Below, in pieces: positions 13,270 to 26,540 of a stretch of 64,000 nt of DNA. Position numbers and translations under genes: made by a program. The notes beneath the pieces were generated by a model. The model was given only the letters and a program-made list of their open reading frames with translations. It had not been told where the DNA came from and did not search any database. The DNA is taken from positions 11,718,001-11,782,000 of the forward strand of contig NC_090337.1 of NCBI RefSeq assembly GCF_035084215.1, given 5' to 3'. Source of the stretch: Heptranchias perlo. Its lineage: Eukaryota. Position 1 is the stretch's first letter. The number at the start of each line of letters is the position of its first letter.

Positions 13270-13985
13270 AATGGGGCAGAAATTGTTCAGAGCAGCGAAC
13301 CAACAGTGCTCGCCGCTCCACAGATTTAGAAACAGAGACGAGCCCAGCGTCAGTTCAAGCAAAGCTCGGACCCTGGGAGAAGCGAAGGGATCGATTTCTC
13401 CCCTTGACCAATCAGATCGCAGCATTTTCGACACGCTGCTTAACACTCTCTGCAGGCTTCCAATGTGAAAACCAGGAAGTGAAAAGCACAACATTAAAAT
13501 CATCGTAAAAACAGTCACAGACAGCGAAAAAAGAGAGGGTAAGAAATAATTGAATTAAACAAAATAGACAGAAGGGAAAAGTAAAAACATTTTTAATGAC
13601 CAAAAACTATTAAAATAAGGAGTAATGAGACTCCACATTTTTAAAAGTTAATTTTTAATTGTTTAGCAGTCATTAAGACTTACCACGTTAAAACTTAGTT
13701 TAGACGTGGAATTTTTAAGCGTACCAGTTTTGTGGCGGTATTAGTTTCTTTCCAGCAGGGCAGATGAGCAAGTTGGTGCTTTATCAATGATTTCACTGAT
13801 TGCAGCCAGCATTATACCTTTAATTCAAAGCTGTCATATTGCCGGTGAACCACTAGGAGCAAGTTCCGGATTTCAGCGTTTCACTGTGGACGTGCGAACC
13901 CCGAAACTTGCTCCTCCATTTCGCCACTAACAACAATGAACGCTGTTGAGCTCACCGTTATTTTGCAAGCAATTTCTGCCCCATT
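13270..13985. mobile_element. Non-autonomous DNA transposon with perfect 16-bp terminal inverted repeats
   Basis: aatggggcagaaattg (13270-13285) and caatttctgccccatt (13970-13985). Confidence 0.8.
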
Positions 13986-14614
13986 GATTATTATTATTAA
14001 TGGTCACTTCTAGTGACGGATCCTCAAATTTGACATTTGTCATCAAAATATTTATAATAGTTGCCTTAAAATGAATGGCCTCAATTCAACATACTCTAGT
14101 TAGTGTGTATTACACATGTGGATACATTATGACAAATCTATTAAATACCATCTTTGATCCTCCATTGCAAAGATGGAGTCCCATTTGAATTCAAAACGCC
14201 CACAGGTAGGTAATGCAAGAGAAAGCTACATCAAGAGATGGAGGCATATCCGTCAGATTCTGACCTGGTGAGGAGTAAATTAATCAACTCTAAGCTTCAA
14301 AACTTAATTGTCCTTTTGAAAATCCGAAGTTGGAAAAGTACTTTTTATTCAACAGTACACAAACTTTCAACATGTCCCAGAAAAAATGTTCCAGCTGCCA
14401 ACATTAAACATACCCCACCCAAAAAAAAACTAACAAACTGAATACTTCATATAGCTGAAAAGGCAAAATTTGCTTGACCATTTTAATTTCTTTCCTCCTG
14501 CGTTTTGCTTCCATTAAAGTAGAACTGGATATAGACAGTGCGCAGTAAAGCTAGGGCTTAGGCATGCGCGCGCGCACACGCACACACACAGTATCCCAGA
14601 TAGATAAATCTGTG

Positions 14615-14902
14615 TCCTTCCATAAAACTTCAAGATAATCGGCAAAAAAGCCAGGGGGGAGATGAGGAGACATTTTTTGATGCAGCGAGTTGTTGTGATC
14701 TGGAATGCACTGCCTGAAAGGGTGGTGGAAGCAGATTCATTGGTAACTTTCAAAAGGAAATTGGATATATACTTGAAATGGAAAAATCTGCAGGGCCGTG
14801 GGGAAAGAGCAGGGGAGAAGGGCTAATTGGACAGCACTTTCAAAGAGCTGGCACAGGCACGATGGGCCAAATGGCCTCTTTCTCTGCTGTATGATTCTAT
14901 GA
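14615..14902 (+). mobile_element. CR1 LINE 3' end
   Basis: Same tail family; ends gctgtatgattctatga. Confidence 0.85.
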
Positions 14903-17330
14903 GTCCATTTAAGCAACTCTGTATTTATACCTCACAAATGAGTTTTGCGTGCTCCACTTTGTCAACCTACCATCCAGTGAAGGGATCCCAATTGTAAATT
15001 TGAGACAGATTGATTTCAGACGATGACCACATGGTAACAGTGATGCATTTGAAACCGACAAATAAATTCCAGTTTTGCAATTCTGGATTTAATAAACAAT
15101 TCAGAGTCTGCATGCACAATGTGGTCAGGCCACACATGGGAAACAGGGACCGATTGCAAATGTGCTTTGTTTTTTTTCCCCCTTAAAGGTCATCACTCCA
15201 CTTCACCCCTCCCCTTGGACAACGCCACCAAATATTAACACAAGCTGCTAGTGTCATCAACAAGCAACCCATTCCTGTGCTCCACTCATCAGACTCTGAT
15301 CACAGAATCATAGAAATTACTGCACAGAAGGCATTCAGTCCATCGCACCGGTGCCTATGACCGTGTCAGATCCTCAGCTGGAGTGAACATGTACAATGCA
15401 AGTTCAGAAACAGGCATAATCAACATAAACAATGTCATGTACTGAGGCATCGTATGTATAAAACAGCTGGAAAACAAATGAACAGTTTAACATAAAACAT
15501 TTCCCAACATCCCTGCCAAACTTCCTAATAAATTAAAGATGATCATCTCTGGCAAGATAGTGGATATATGCCAGATATATATACATATATGTAGCATTTA
15601 CAATAAATAATTGGTTCAAACACAAATCTTCAACTGTGTAGGAAATGTTTTAGTTTAATCCACACACAAATCCTTTGGATGAACTACAGCAACAAGATTT
15701 ACAAATGTTTTTATTTATTTATATTGTTTAGATGCCAGCTAAATACCATTTGGGATTCATTCTAATGATTTATGACACCATCTAAAAAAACCCTTGATAA
15801 GATTACAGCTTTTTTTTGGTATCACTCTTCAGTACATCTTGTTCTCTTGTACAAAACATTTGAATAGATTGGATTACAGCACTGCATTAAATTTCACCTA
15901 TCCAGTGTTCTGCTATATCTAACTGTTATATTTCGTCCCTTTGATCATCCCCTCCCACCAGGATTGTCATTGCACTCCCTCTGACTTAACTATGACTAAC
16001 AGCCTCAGCTTTGATTTTTCAGCTCGTTGCCAATGGAATTTGTTATGTCATGTTTCTCGTTCAGGTGCTAACACCCCAAGAATCACAACTCATGAAGTCT
16101 ATAAACAAGTTCATTTTAAAAAAATTGACAGATGCCTAGACTTTTGGGTTATTTTGTTACCTTTGGTTTAAACAACGTATTGAGGAAAAGTATGGATTGA
16201 ATGCAGTTCATGCATTACTGCAGGATACTCGAGGAACACACACACACGTACATTTGGGGTTTTCAGTCAAACCATTTCAATCAATAGACTCAATAGCAGT
16301 TCTGAATGTAGACCTGGACTGTATGATGTAGAAGTTGTACTTTTTTCTGTAATCTGTCCTTACAGGAGTAGACGTCCTATAGGGTTAACAGTTATTCTAT
16401 TTGCAGTGGTCGGCATATTGCATTAAACATAGTATCACACCACATTACCACTGTCATTGAATTGACAGAATATCGAACACAAATTGAAGGCCTTTCAAAA
16501 ACAGGCCAAAGCAACTAAAATATTTACAAATACAAGGGGCAAAAAACAAAAGCACGACAGAATTCAGCAGATACTAAGAATGCAACACAGCAATCTGATA
16601 AGCAATGCCTTCTCCTAAAGTACTTACAACTACAATTAAGTTGGGGAAAAGACTGAACTTAACAAGATCACATCCAGAAATGCTTATCCAAAATCCACTT
16701 CAAACATACAAACAGATTTCTATAATTATTAAACAGTCTGCTACCAAAGCTCAACATTATTTATATGTATAGGAAATACAATAGATAAACCATTAATTCC
16801 CTCCAGTTGGAGTAAATTCTGCTCATCATGTTGATGCTGTCATTGGCATTTTAAAGCAGCGCATTAAACTCAGTAGGAACAAAGGACATCTTGTGTTTAG
16901 CCTTTGACAAGGAATATACCATTTGTAATATATACAGCTGCAACATATTATGTTACACATCATTTCAGGTCTTCTCTATCAAACTGTATATACCATGCTC
17001 TTAATAATGTCGGGGGAATTATCAAAACCTGTTTTATATTACATGCAATTTAAAAAGAAAATTGTGATTACGTTTTTGCATCTCTTTTGGTGATAAATCA
17101 CACCACTTTATTAATATTTTAATGAACTGTAAAGGAAATCCTGCTGAGTTAATTTCTTTCCTGCTTTCTGATCTAGCTGTGCTTAAGGTAGCTACTAGTC
17201 GAAAACAAAACCTTCTTAACTGAATGAATCAATAAAAGTTTTTTTCCTTCCAGTGACTTGGTACATTTTTTCAACAAAGTATAAGCTAATGGGACATTAC
17301 ATCAACTGCATGATGGGATGGCCCAGGTAT

Positions 17331-18175
17331 TAGGGTTCCCAACCCTCCTGGAATGACTGGGACTTTCCCGGATTGGGGGGGGGGGGGGGGAGTTCCTCTC
17401 CCGACTGCACTGTGCCCCCTACCACCGCCCCCCTCCCAAACACCAGCTCAGCGACGTCACTCGCACACAGCCGCGACAATGTGGAGTGCAGTTGGGAGGG
17501 GGCTGGAGAGTTGGGAATCAGGGAGTCTCGGTAATCAAGGGGTTGCACTGAAATGAGGGGTTTTGTGTGAAATGGGGAGGGCTCGACAGGGTACATGCAA
17601 GGAGGATGTTTTCCCTGGCTGGGGAATCTAGAACCAGGGGTCACAATCTCAGAATAAAGGGTCGGCCATTTAGGACTGAGGTGAGGAGAAATTTCTTCAC
17701 TCAGAGGGTGGTGAATCTTTGGAATTCTCTATCCCAGAGGGCTGTGGAGACTCAGTCATCGAGTACATTCAAAACAGAGATCGATAGATTTCTAGATATT
17801 AAAGGCAACAAGGGGTATGGGGATGGTGCAGGAAAACGGTGTTGAGGTAGAAGATCAGCCATGATCTTGTTGAATGGCGGAGCAGGCTCGAGGGGCCGGA
17901 TGGCCTACTCCTGCTCTTATTTCTTATGTTCTTATGGGAGGGGGGGTCCCTCTTTCCCCGCCCCCTGTATCCCTCCTGGTTTTTGGAACTTCTCGCACAA
18001 CAGCTGCTGGCAAGAAACCACAAGGAAATATACTCAACTACAGGGGACCCAACCTTTATACGGTAAATGCAATAACATTTGTAGAAGTCACGTGATCGTA
18101 TGATCAAGCATCACATGGGCAGATGTCATGTGGTTAGAATGTCACATGATCAAACCTCCAGAGTTGGCAAGTCTA
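17331..18175. mobile_element. Non-autonomous hAT-type DNA transposon (MITE) with a nested CR1 fragment
   Basis: Terminal inverted repeats (TIRs) tagggttcccaac / gttggcaagtcta; 8-bp TSD ccaggtat (17323-17330) and ccaggtgt (18176-18183). Confidence 0.82.
17572..17935 (+). mobile_element. CR1 LINE 3' end nested in the hAT MITE
   Basis: TRGHNLRI, FFTQRVVNLWNSL; ttcttatgttcttatg tail. Confidence 0.88.
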
Positions 18176-18725
18176 CCAGGTGTTCGTACCAGTTCTAATT
18201 CCAAAACGGTGGCTCGTGAAAATGTTAGGGGAAGTCCTGGTCAATAAAATACATATTTCTGTTAAGTTTCAAACTAATATTTTAACACAGATTGTTCTGA
18301 GGGGTTCTGGGCATCAGAGCATTAAAATGAGTGAGGCATATACCTCTTTTGAAGTATGAAAAGGATGGAAAGCTACATCATTATTCCTAATATGCTGAGA
18401 TGATGTTTTGGAGAGACCCTTCCATTTTAGCCATTAAGGCAGCATAAGCAAGCAGCACAATGATTGGTATGACATTATTGTGATGGTAAAAACATGCAGA
18501 ACCATGTATTTTCAAACAGTATCGTGGAACGATACAGCATAGAAGGAGGCCATTCAGCCCATCGTGTCTGTGCCGGCAAATGTGACAAGAACTATGACAA
18601 AGATCCCTTTAATGCGGTCGGTGCAACATTAGGTTAATGCACAAAATACCCCCGATTTAAAACATATCGATTTCCTCAAATGCTTTACAGTACTGAAAAC
18701 CAGTCAAACTGTGCTGCACCACAGA

Positions 18726-18913
18726 GGGGGCAACTTTAACCTAACCCGCCTGTCGAGAAATTGACTGGATCGAGCGACAAGCTGGTTTTACACCCCACCC
18801 AATTTTACTCTCCAGTGAAGGCACTGGAAAGTAATATTGGGCAGGGTGTAAAACCGGCATTCCACCCGATCCCATGGGTCTCCCGTCTGGCGAGTTAGGT
18901 TACAATTACCTCC
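18726..18913. mobile_element. Palindromic MITE, about 190 bp
   Basis: gggggcaactttaacctaac ... gttaggttacaattacctcc with the internal inverted pair ggttttacaccc / gggtgtaaaacc. Confidence 0.8.
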
Positions 18914-19049
18914 AGTGCCTCAGGAAAGCATGTATAAACACAAATTTCAATCCAGTTTAGTGGATCTGGTTGGATCCCACACTTCTGCCACCTGACGCCA
19001 TTTTGAAAACCACCACCAATAGCCATTTTGGCCAACCACCAAGCAGCAT

Positions 19050-19522
19050 GCAACAGCAACCCAAAAGAAAGAACTTTCATTTATATAGCACCTTTCACAA
19101 CCTCAGGATGTCCCAAAGGGCTTTACAGTCAATGAACTACTTCTGAAGTATAGTCACTGTTTGAATGTAGGGAAACGTGGCAGCCAACTTGCGCACAGCA
19201 AGGTCCCTCAAACAGCAATGCGATAAGTGACCAGATAATCTGTTCTGGTGATGTTGGTTCAGGGATAAATGTTGGCCAGGACACCGGATGAACGCCTCTG
19301 CTCTTCAAATAGTGCCACAGGATCTTTTACGTTCACCTGAAAGGGCAGGCGGGGCTTCGGTTTAACGTCTCATCCGAAACGGCACCTCCGACAGTACAGA
19401 ACTCCCTCAGTACTGCACTGAAGTATCAGGCTGAATTATGCGCTCAAGTTTCTGGAGTGGGGCTTGAATCCACGTCCTTCTGACTCAGAGGCAAAAGTGC
19501 TACCCACTGAGCCACGGCTGAC
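19050..19522 (-). mobile_element. Deu-domain tRNA SINE, full length
   Basis: Reverse complement of the 11378 family; ends cccactgagccacggctgac. Confidence 0.82.
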
Positions 19523-19956
19523 CCACCAAAGACTTCTTCAGCCAATTCTCCCTCATCCTGAAGGGAGACATCACAGCCTCTGCCTGGAAGTACGACCGTC
19601 ACAATATGCAACCACTCAGTTTGGGAATTAACTAGAATAAGGGAAACAAAAACTGCCTCCTATGAATCCAAGACTCAGAGTGTTAATGCTCCAGTGCTCA
19701 GTTTCACCGCTATTCACATCTCTTTGAATTACTAGTAAATGTTTGTGCACCAGTTTCATTTTTTTTTAAAAGTGCTTTTAGGAAATTGCTGCAGAAGCAT
19801 TAATCATCAACACGGCTGTACACACCACCTTCTGCAGGTTTGCTCACGGATTAATCCTGCTGACCAGGATAGCCAGGTGGAGACTTTGAAGTTTATGCAG
19901 TAAATTGAGTGCTGGATTTGAAGAAGCAGAAACTAAAATTGCCCCAACAGAAGGAG

Positions 19957-20415
19957 GAATCATAGAATGATACAGCATAGAAGGAGGCCATTTGGCCCAA
20001 TGTGCCTGTGCCGGCTCTTTGATAAGAGTTTTCCAATTAGTCCCACGCCCCTGCTCATTCCTTATAGCCCTGTAAATCTTTTTCCTTCAATTATTTATCT
20101 AATCCCCTTTTGAAAGTTACCATTGAATCTGCTTCCACCACCCTTTCAGACAGTGCATTCCAGATCATAACAATTCGCTGAGTAAATTTTTTTTCCCCTC
20201 AGGTCATAGAATCATAGAATGGTTACAGCACTGAAGGAGGCCATTCGGCCCGTCGAACCCATGTGCTGGCTCCCTGCAAGAGCAATCCAGCTAGTCCCAC
20301 TCCCCCGTCCTTTCCCCGTAGTCCTGCAATTTTTTTTCCTTCAAGTACTTATCCAATTCTCTTTTGAAAGCCATGACGACCCTTTCAGGCAGTGCACTCC
20401 AGATCATAACTACTT
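19957..20415 (-). mobile_element. Two tandem CR1 3' ends
   Basis: Two atcatagaat...aaggaggccatt starts, near 19958 and 20203. Confidence 0.82.
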
Positions 20416-21044
20416 GCTGGAAGTGCGAGTGAGGGGACGCTGGGCGAGAGCAGGATCGGACTTTGGCTGTGCTACTCCCAATACACACCTCACCCTAGAG
20501 TCGAACAACCTGCTTGACCGTCGTCATCAAGGCTCATGGACTAACAATGACAATTTGGGCAAGGTAGCAGAGGGTGGTCATCACCTGTGGAACTGATCCC
20601 CAGCAAAGTGTCAATGAAATCGCAAAGCAAGGGCGCAGAGAAAAAAAGAGAGAGAAACTTTTTTTTTTTTAAAAGTCAGAAAAACTTATGACACTACTTT
20701 TGATTACAGTTTTATAGAATTAATGGTGCTATAAGGGCATTTGGGAACTCTCTACAGCTAGAAACAGATATTGTCGTGCTCCTAACAGGACTGATGAAAT
20801 AACCAGACTGTGTTGCAGTGCAAAAATGCCGGGTACCCATTGTGAATACCTTAGCATAACTCAATACGAGTTATTTATTAATGATATTACACAAGGATGG
20901 TATGCACGCGCAATGAGCATATGGCACCCATTACATTTCAAATGTCCTGAAGAGCAAAAGGATCTCTTTTCTGGGTGTACACTGAAAGGACACTACTTGC
21001 TTTGACAAAGTTAAGATCTACATTGCATGATGTACTTCAGGTTG

Positions 21045-21845
21045 CCAGCGTTCACTCAATCGGTAGCACCCTCACCTCCGAGTCAGAAGGTTGTGGGTTC
21101 AAGCCCCACTCTAGCACGTAATCTAGGCTGACACTTCACTGCAGTATAGGTCTTAAACAGGATCTTTGGATTTATTCAGTTGAGTCATGATGAGCTGGCT
21201 TCACAATCTGCTCTGCATGGTGTTCCTTAACTGGATCAGAAGGTTTGATTTTTAACCAAGCTATGTGCTAGTTGTATAACGGAATAAGTGGCAAAATATA
21301 AATATAAATGAAAATGTTATCAACTCCTCCTATTCTTTACAATCCAGTGAGATGCTTCAAATATGGAATTCTTCCATTGAGCGGCGCTTTTTTTTAATCC
21401 CCCTCCCTCCCAAGCCATTCTCAGTCAAAAGCCCCTGCCAATGTCATCTGAGGCCACTTCGAGGTGCGTTTGGCTGTACCACAATGTCGCAAACTTTCTT
21501 TCCAGTGCAGTGCTGAGTGTTGTCCTTCAGATGAGTTGCTAAACTGAGGCCCCATCTGCCTGTCTTGGCGGAGCAGGGTTAAAGATCCCATGACACAAAA
21601 GCAGAGAATTCTACCAGTGTCCTGGCCAACATTTCTCTCTTAACCAACATCAAAAACAGATCAACTAGCCATTATTCTCACTGCCAACCATGCAATCTTG
21701 CTGTCCACAAAATGGCTGCCACGTTTGCCTATATAAGAGGCAATCAATTTTAAAGTAATTAATTTTAAAAAATTAATTACTTTAAATTCGATTGCCTCTT
21801 ATAAATGTGACAAGGTGTTCTATAAACAGAAGTGCTTCTTTCTTC
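21045..21845 (+). mobile_element. Deu-domain SINE pieces (head 21045-21150, body and tail 21500-21845)
   Basis: gggttcaagcccc B box; aaactgaggccccatctgcc core. Confidence 0.65.
21732..21803. repeat. AT-rich near-perfect palindrome, 72 bp
   Basis: tataagaggcaatc..aaagtaattaatttt / aaaattaattacttt..gattgcctcttata. Confidence 0.9.
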
Positions 21846-22099
21846 TCCCCTCCCTCCCCTCCACCAGTGGGGAAATACATACAGCAAAGCTACAGTCACC
21901 CCTTATACTGCATTCCCTTCACAGAGGAGTCATCTTAGGAGCTGCCATGAATTGAATGTAGTCAAATCAGACAACTATGATTATTTTCTTTTTCCCCTCA
22001 CCAGAAACATCGCATTACTGCATGAAAAGTAAGCTTGAAATTCTTTATTTAAGTACTGTCTTATTTTCTCACCCCTTTCTGAAGTCCACAGATCATTAC

Positions 22100-23012
22100 C
22101 AAGGATAACGGGCAAATAAAAAGGACAAATGCGTGGGATTCTGAGTTTCATATACATGGGCATGGAATACAAATCTTGTACAAGATATTGGTAAAGCGAC
22201 AATTAACAGCACTGTGTGCATTTCTGAGCACCTCATTTTAGGAAAGATATTGGAGCCCTAGAAAAAGTGCAATGTTGATTCATTAGGATGATGCCAGGGA
22301 TGAGACTCTTGAAAAACTAGAGCTCTATTCACTGCAGCCGAGAAGGTTCAGGGAGCATTAATAGAAATGTTCAAAATTAGAGAAAGTAGCGAAAAAATAT
22401 TTCCATTGGTCAGTGAATTAGTAAGAAAAAGACACACAAAATTAGTACTAGATATACAGAAATAAACCTTTACAGATCACTGGTTAGACCTCAGCTAGAC
22501 TATTGTTTCCAATTCTGGGCACCACACTTTAGAAAGGATGTCAAGGCCTTGGAGAGGGTACGATGGAGATTTACCAGAATTGTACCAGGGATGAGGGAAT
22601 TCAGTTATGTGGAGAGACTGGAGAAGCTGGGATTGTTCTCCTTAGAACAAAGATGGTTAAGGGGAGATTTAATAGGGGTGTTCAAAATTATGAAGGGTTT
22701 TGATAAACTCCAACTGTTTCCATTGGCAGGAGGGTCAGTAACTAGAGGACACTGATTTAGCATAATTGGCAAAAAAAGCGAGGGGGGAGATGAGGAGAAA
22801 TTTTTTTACTCAGCAAGTTACGATGATGTGGAATGCACTGCCTGAAAGGGTGGCGGAAGCAGATTCAATAGTAACTTTCAAAAGGGAACTGGGTATGTAC
22901 TTAAAAAAGAAACATTTGCAGGGCTATGGGGAAAATGCAGGTGAGTGGGACTCATTAGATAGCTCTTTCAATGATGGGCCGAATGGCCGCCTTGTGTGCT
23001 GTATGATTCTAC
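22100..23012 (+). mobile_element. Older CR1 fragment followed by a younger CR1 3' end
   Basis: RLEKLGLFSLEQR.LRGDLI, TRGH, WNALPE. Confidence 0.85.
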
Positions 23013-23754
23013 AATTCCACACAGGTGCTGAAAACTGTTCCCGTTTTCAGGCGGAGTGGACTTTTTCTTCCAGTAGACGGTACGATGCCCAACTGGCCTT
23101 AAGAAAATGGAGCTGGAATAGAAAACCTAGCACAAACAGAACAAGAAAAATCACAGCAGAGAAAACTGCAGCAATTGGACTCCATGATTAATTCTGCCTG
23201 GGGCCCCAAAGATATAATTTCACATCTTGGAGGTTACTAAATACCTAACATTGTGCTGTGATATTTCAGTGTTAAGTCTGGAAACAATAAGTACAAAAGC
23301 CTGGGATGTACCAGTGGACATTGGTAGCAGTAGCCTTTTTTTCTGCTGGCTTTACCTGATGTGAATTAAATCAATTTTTTCCCTGACACACATACTGCTG
23401 CAGCTGTATGTCCTAATCCAGGGGTATCAAACCTGGATCCTTCTTCGTCTGTAGGAAACAGGGCCACGCTGGGCTGTACCATGATGAGTGATTGCTAACC
23501 ATCAGTGAGAGATGACAGCATTGTACACAAAAATAAATACCGCCAGCTAAAAGGGCCCCAACAGTCAAATGTACTGATTACACTTGATTTTTTTTGAAGC
23601 AATTGCTAGAGTTTTTCCCAACAAAGGACACCCCATAGCATGTAGCCATGTCGAATACATTTTTTTTTTTAAAACTGTTGGTGACGAGGGCCTGACCTTT
23701 GCTCTTTGAAAATCCCACGTGGGACGGTTGGAACAATCTGAATGTTTGTAACAC

Positions 23755-23845
23755 CCATCACCACCTTTGCGAGGGCAATTAGGGATGGGCAATAAATGCT
23801 GGCCTTGCTAGTGATGTCCATATACCTAGAATGAATAAAAGAAAA
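23755..23845 (+). mobile_element. 3' tail fragment of the same LINE family as 39897-41280
   Basis: gggcaattagggatgggcaataaatgctggcc...gaatgaataaaa is shared. Confidence 0.8.
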
Positions 23846-23879
23846 CACAGAAGAGCATCTGAGAACACGTTACAAGAAG

Positions 23880-24014
23880 TGGAGATGCCGGTGATGGACT
23901 GGCTCACTCACCTGACGAAGGTGACTCGCTCACCTGACGAAGGAGAAAGCCTCCGAAAGCTTGTGATTTTCAAATGAAACAGTTGGACAATAACCTGGTG
24001 TTGTAAGATTACTT
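23880..24014 (+). mobile_element. Penelope pLTR footprint with a minimal hammerhead ribozyme core
   Basis: TCAC-CTGACGA-A-GGAG..CTCC-GAAA-GCTT-GTGA at 23930-23966; 13-bp TSD acgttacaagaag at 23867-23879 and 24015-24027. Confidence 0.82.
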
Positions 24015-24564
24015 ACGTTACAAGAAGGAGGAGGTGGAGGAGACAAGAAAAATTAAAGTGGGGAAATGGAGCAAGGTAGCAGGATAAGGTGGTTTTGAGG
24101 CAGAGTTTGAAGTGAAGGGGGTTAGTGATTGAAAGATTGGTCTCCATGCTGGAGCAGGTGAAGTGGGTATGGAGGAATAATCCAGTGTCAGAGGATCAGA
24201 GGGAACATACTGAAACGTATGGGTAGGGCAGTAGATGTGTCATTCCGGAAAATATTTAATTTAATAGACCATGGATAAAACTGACAGTAAACAGGCCTCT
24301 TCCACCAACATCCATGGAGGTATTTATTGCTTCCAGACTTACAACACTGAAATACCAGCACAATGGCTAGCAATAGTTTTTAGTGAACTCCAATATAAGA
24401 AACTATAACTCAGTTTTGAGAAGTATTTTTACAGCTGAAACGTCAACTGTCTCATGTTTTCTCGACAGATGGTGCCTGACCTGCTGAGCAATCTCAGCGT
24501 TTTCTGCTTTCGTTTCAGATATCCAGCATCCGCAGTATTTTGCTTTTTGTTTATATGAAAATAT

Positions 24565-25330
24565 GGGCCAGGTTTTGCTGACAAAATAACGGTGTTATTT
24601 ACACGCAAATGATACAGCAACATCAAGCGAGGGGCAGATGTGCAGTTAAACTCAAATATCCAAAAGTTGCTGTCCGAGTTGCGCCGTTCCTCCGTTAGAT
24701 TCACGGAAACCGTATCTCGCCGTTTGCCTCACCACTGACAGGCATTGAATGGCGTGAAGTTGCTGTATTTGCGCGGTAGATACGAACTAAACTCGCCACA
24801 GAAAGTTAAGGCTTGTCCATTTCAGTTTAATACCCTTTTAACTACGTGATGTGTTAATTACTGTCAGTCAACCTCTCTGGCACTGAAAATTAACCAATAC
24901 AAGTGTGAAGATTCATTCCTTCAGGTTTTAATTATTGTTGGAGGTTTTAAAAATGTAAAATGTAAAATTAAGTTTTTTTTATTTTTCCTTTCTTTCTCTT
25001 TTTTTTCCTCTCTTAATCCAATCTTTCTTTCCCTCGCTATTTCTCTTTTTGTACCTGATTTGGCATTGAATTCGCCCACTCTAATTTATAGTTCCTTCTC
25101 AGCCCTTGTGCCGTTAATTTCACAATCCTTCAGTCTGATCGGCTAAGGAGATACACAGTTGCTTGCCCTGTTCACTCAGGTCCCTGATGCCCGGTTTCCC
25201 TCGCTGCGATGTTATCAGCTTGCGCTTTCAGCAAATTGCCACGCAAAAAATTTAAAAGCTTAAACGCGCACGAACAAATCTAACTAACGGCAGACGCTGT
25301 TACATGCCCTACTACAGCAAATTACGTTCC
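24565..25330. mobile_element. Related non-autonomous DNA transposon in the opposite orientation to 13270-13985
   Basis: Start gggccaggttttgctgacaaaataacggtg resembles the reverse complement of 13945-13982; similar internal T-rich block. Confidence 0.6.
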
Positions 25331-25684
25331 AATGTCTGTGACTGCACTGTGTAGAATCCCTCATCAATTCCAGTCTCAGCTGTGATTTTTCTTATTGCAT
25401 TTGTGCTAGGTGTTCCATTCCAGCTCAGATTTTCTCATGTGGAGAATTAATTATACTTTGTCTACCGATAGAAAAGTTCTACTCTAACATGAAAACATAG
25501 GGAACTATCTTCTCCTCTGCAGGAACTAAAAGGCATAATTTTCCTCACTGACTACGAACAGGGGCTTGGGGAAAACTGACTTCGTGCTTACTCTCTAAAT
25601 TTTTTTTGCTCTTCTTTCATCACCACAGACTGGCCCAAATTAAAGCAGGTTATCAAAGCCTGTGTGGCACTAAGACAATAACAG

Positions 25685-26010
25685 CATAAGCGATAGGAGC
25701 AGGAGTAGGCCATTCGGCCCCTCGAGCCTGCTCTGCCATTTAATGAGATCATGGCTGATCTGATTTTTACCTCAACTCCACTTTCCTGACTTTTCCCCAT
25801 TTCCTTTGACTCCCTTGCTGATCAAAAATTTGTCTAACTCAGCCTTCAACTCAGTATTAAATGACTCAGCCTCCACAGCTTTTTGGGGTAAAGAATTCCA
25901 AAGATTTACGACCCTCTGGGGGAAGAAATTCCTCCTCATTTCCATCTTAAACGGGCGACCCCTTATTCTGAGACTATGTAGCACCTTATCGAATGCCTTT
26001 TGGATTAATA
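25685..26010 (-). mobile_element. CR1 LINE 3' end
   Basis: RRNFF.QRVVNLWNSLPQKAVEA on the minus strand. Confidence 0.85.
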
Positions 26011-26059
26011 TTTGTTCTTATTTCTACCTGCACCATTTAGAACAGTTATGCTGCAAGAA

Positions 26060-26540
26060 AGAAAGACTTGCATTTGTTTAATGCCTTTCATGACCTCAGG
26101 ATGTCCCAAAGCGCTTTATAACCAATTATGGACTTTTGAAGTGTAGTCATTACTGTTGTAATGTAGGGAAACGTGGCAGCCAATTTGCACACAGTAAGCT
26201 GCTACAAAAGGCAATGTGATAATGAACAGATAATCTGTTTTTTTTTATAAAAGTAGTGTTGGTTGAGGGATAAATATTGGCCAGAACACCAGGGAGAACT
26301 CCCCTGCTCTTTTTCGAATAGTGCCATGGGATCTTTATGTCCGCCCAAGAGGGCAGACAGAGCCTCGGTTTAGCGTCTCATCTGAAAGACAGCACCTCCG
26401 ACAGTGCAGCACTCACTCAGTACTGCACAGGGACCATCAGCCTAGATTTTGTGCTCAAGTGTCTGGAATCGGACTTGAACCCACAATCTTGTAACTCAAG
26501 AGGCGAGAATGCTACCCACTGATCCACAACCGACACCTTG
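26060..26540 (-). mobile_element. Deu-domain tRNA SINE, full length
   Basis: Same family; contains gacagtgcagcactcactcagtactgcac and ggacttgaaccc. Confidence 0.82.

Noticed and set aside
10470-14902. Inverted CR1 tails flanking the P2RY13 exon as a circRNA signal
   Set aside because: Inverted repeat pairs are expected at this repeat density, and a terminal exon has no obvious donor for back-splicing.
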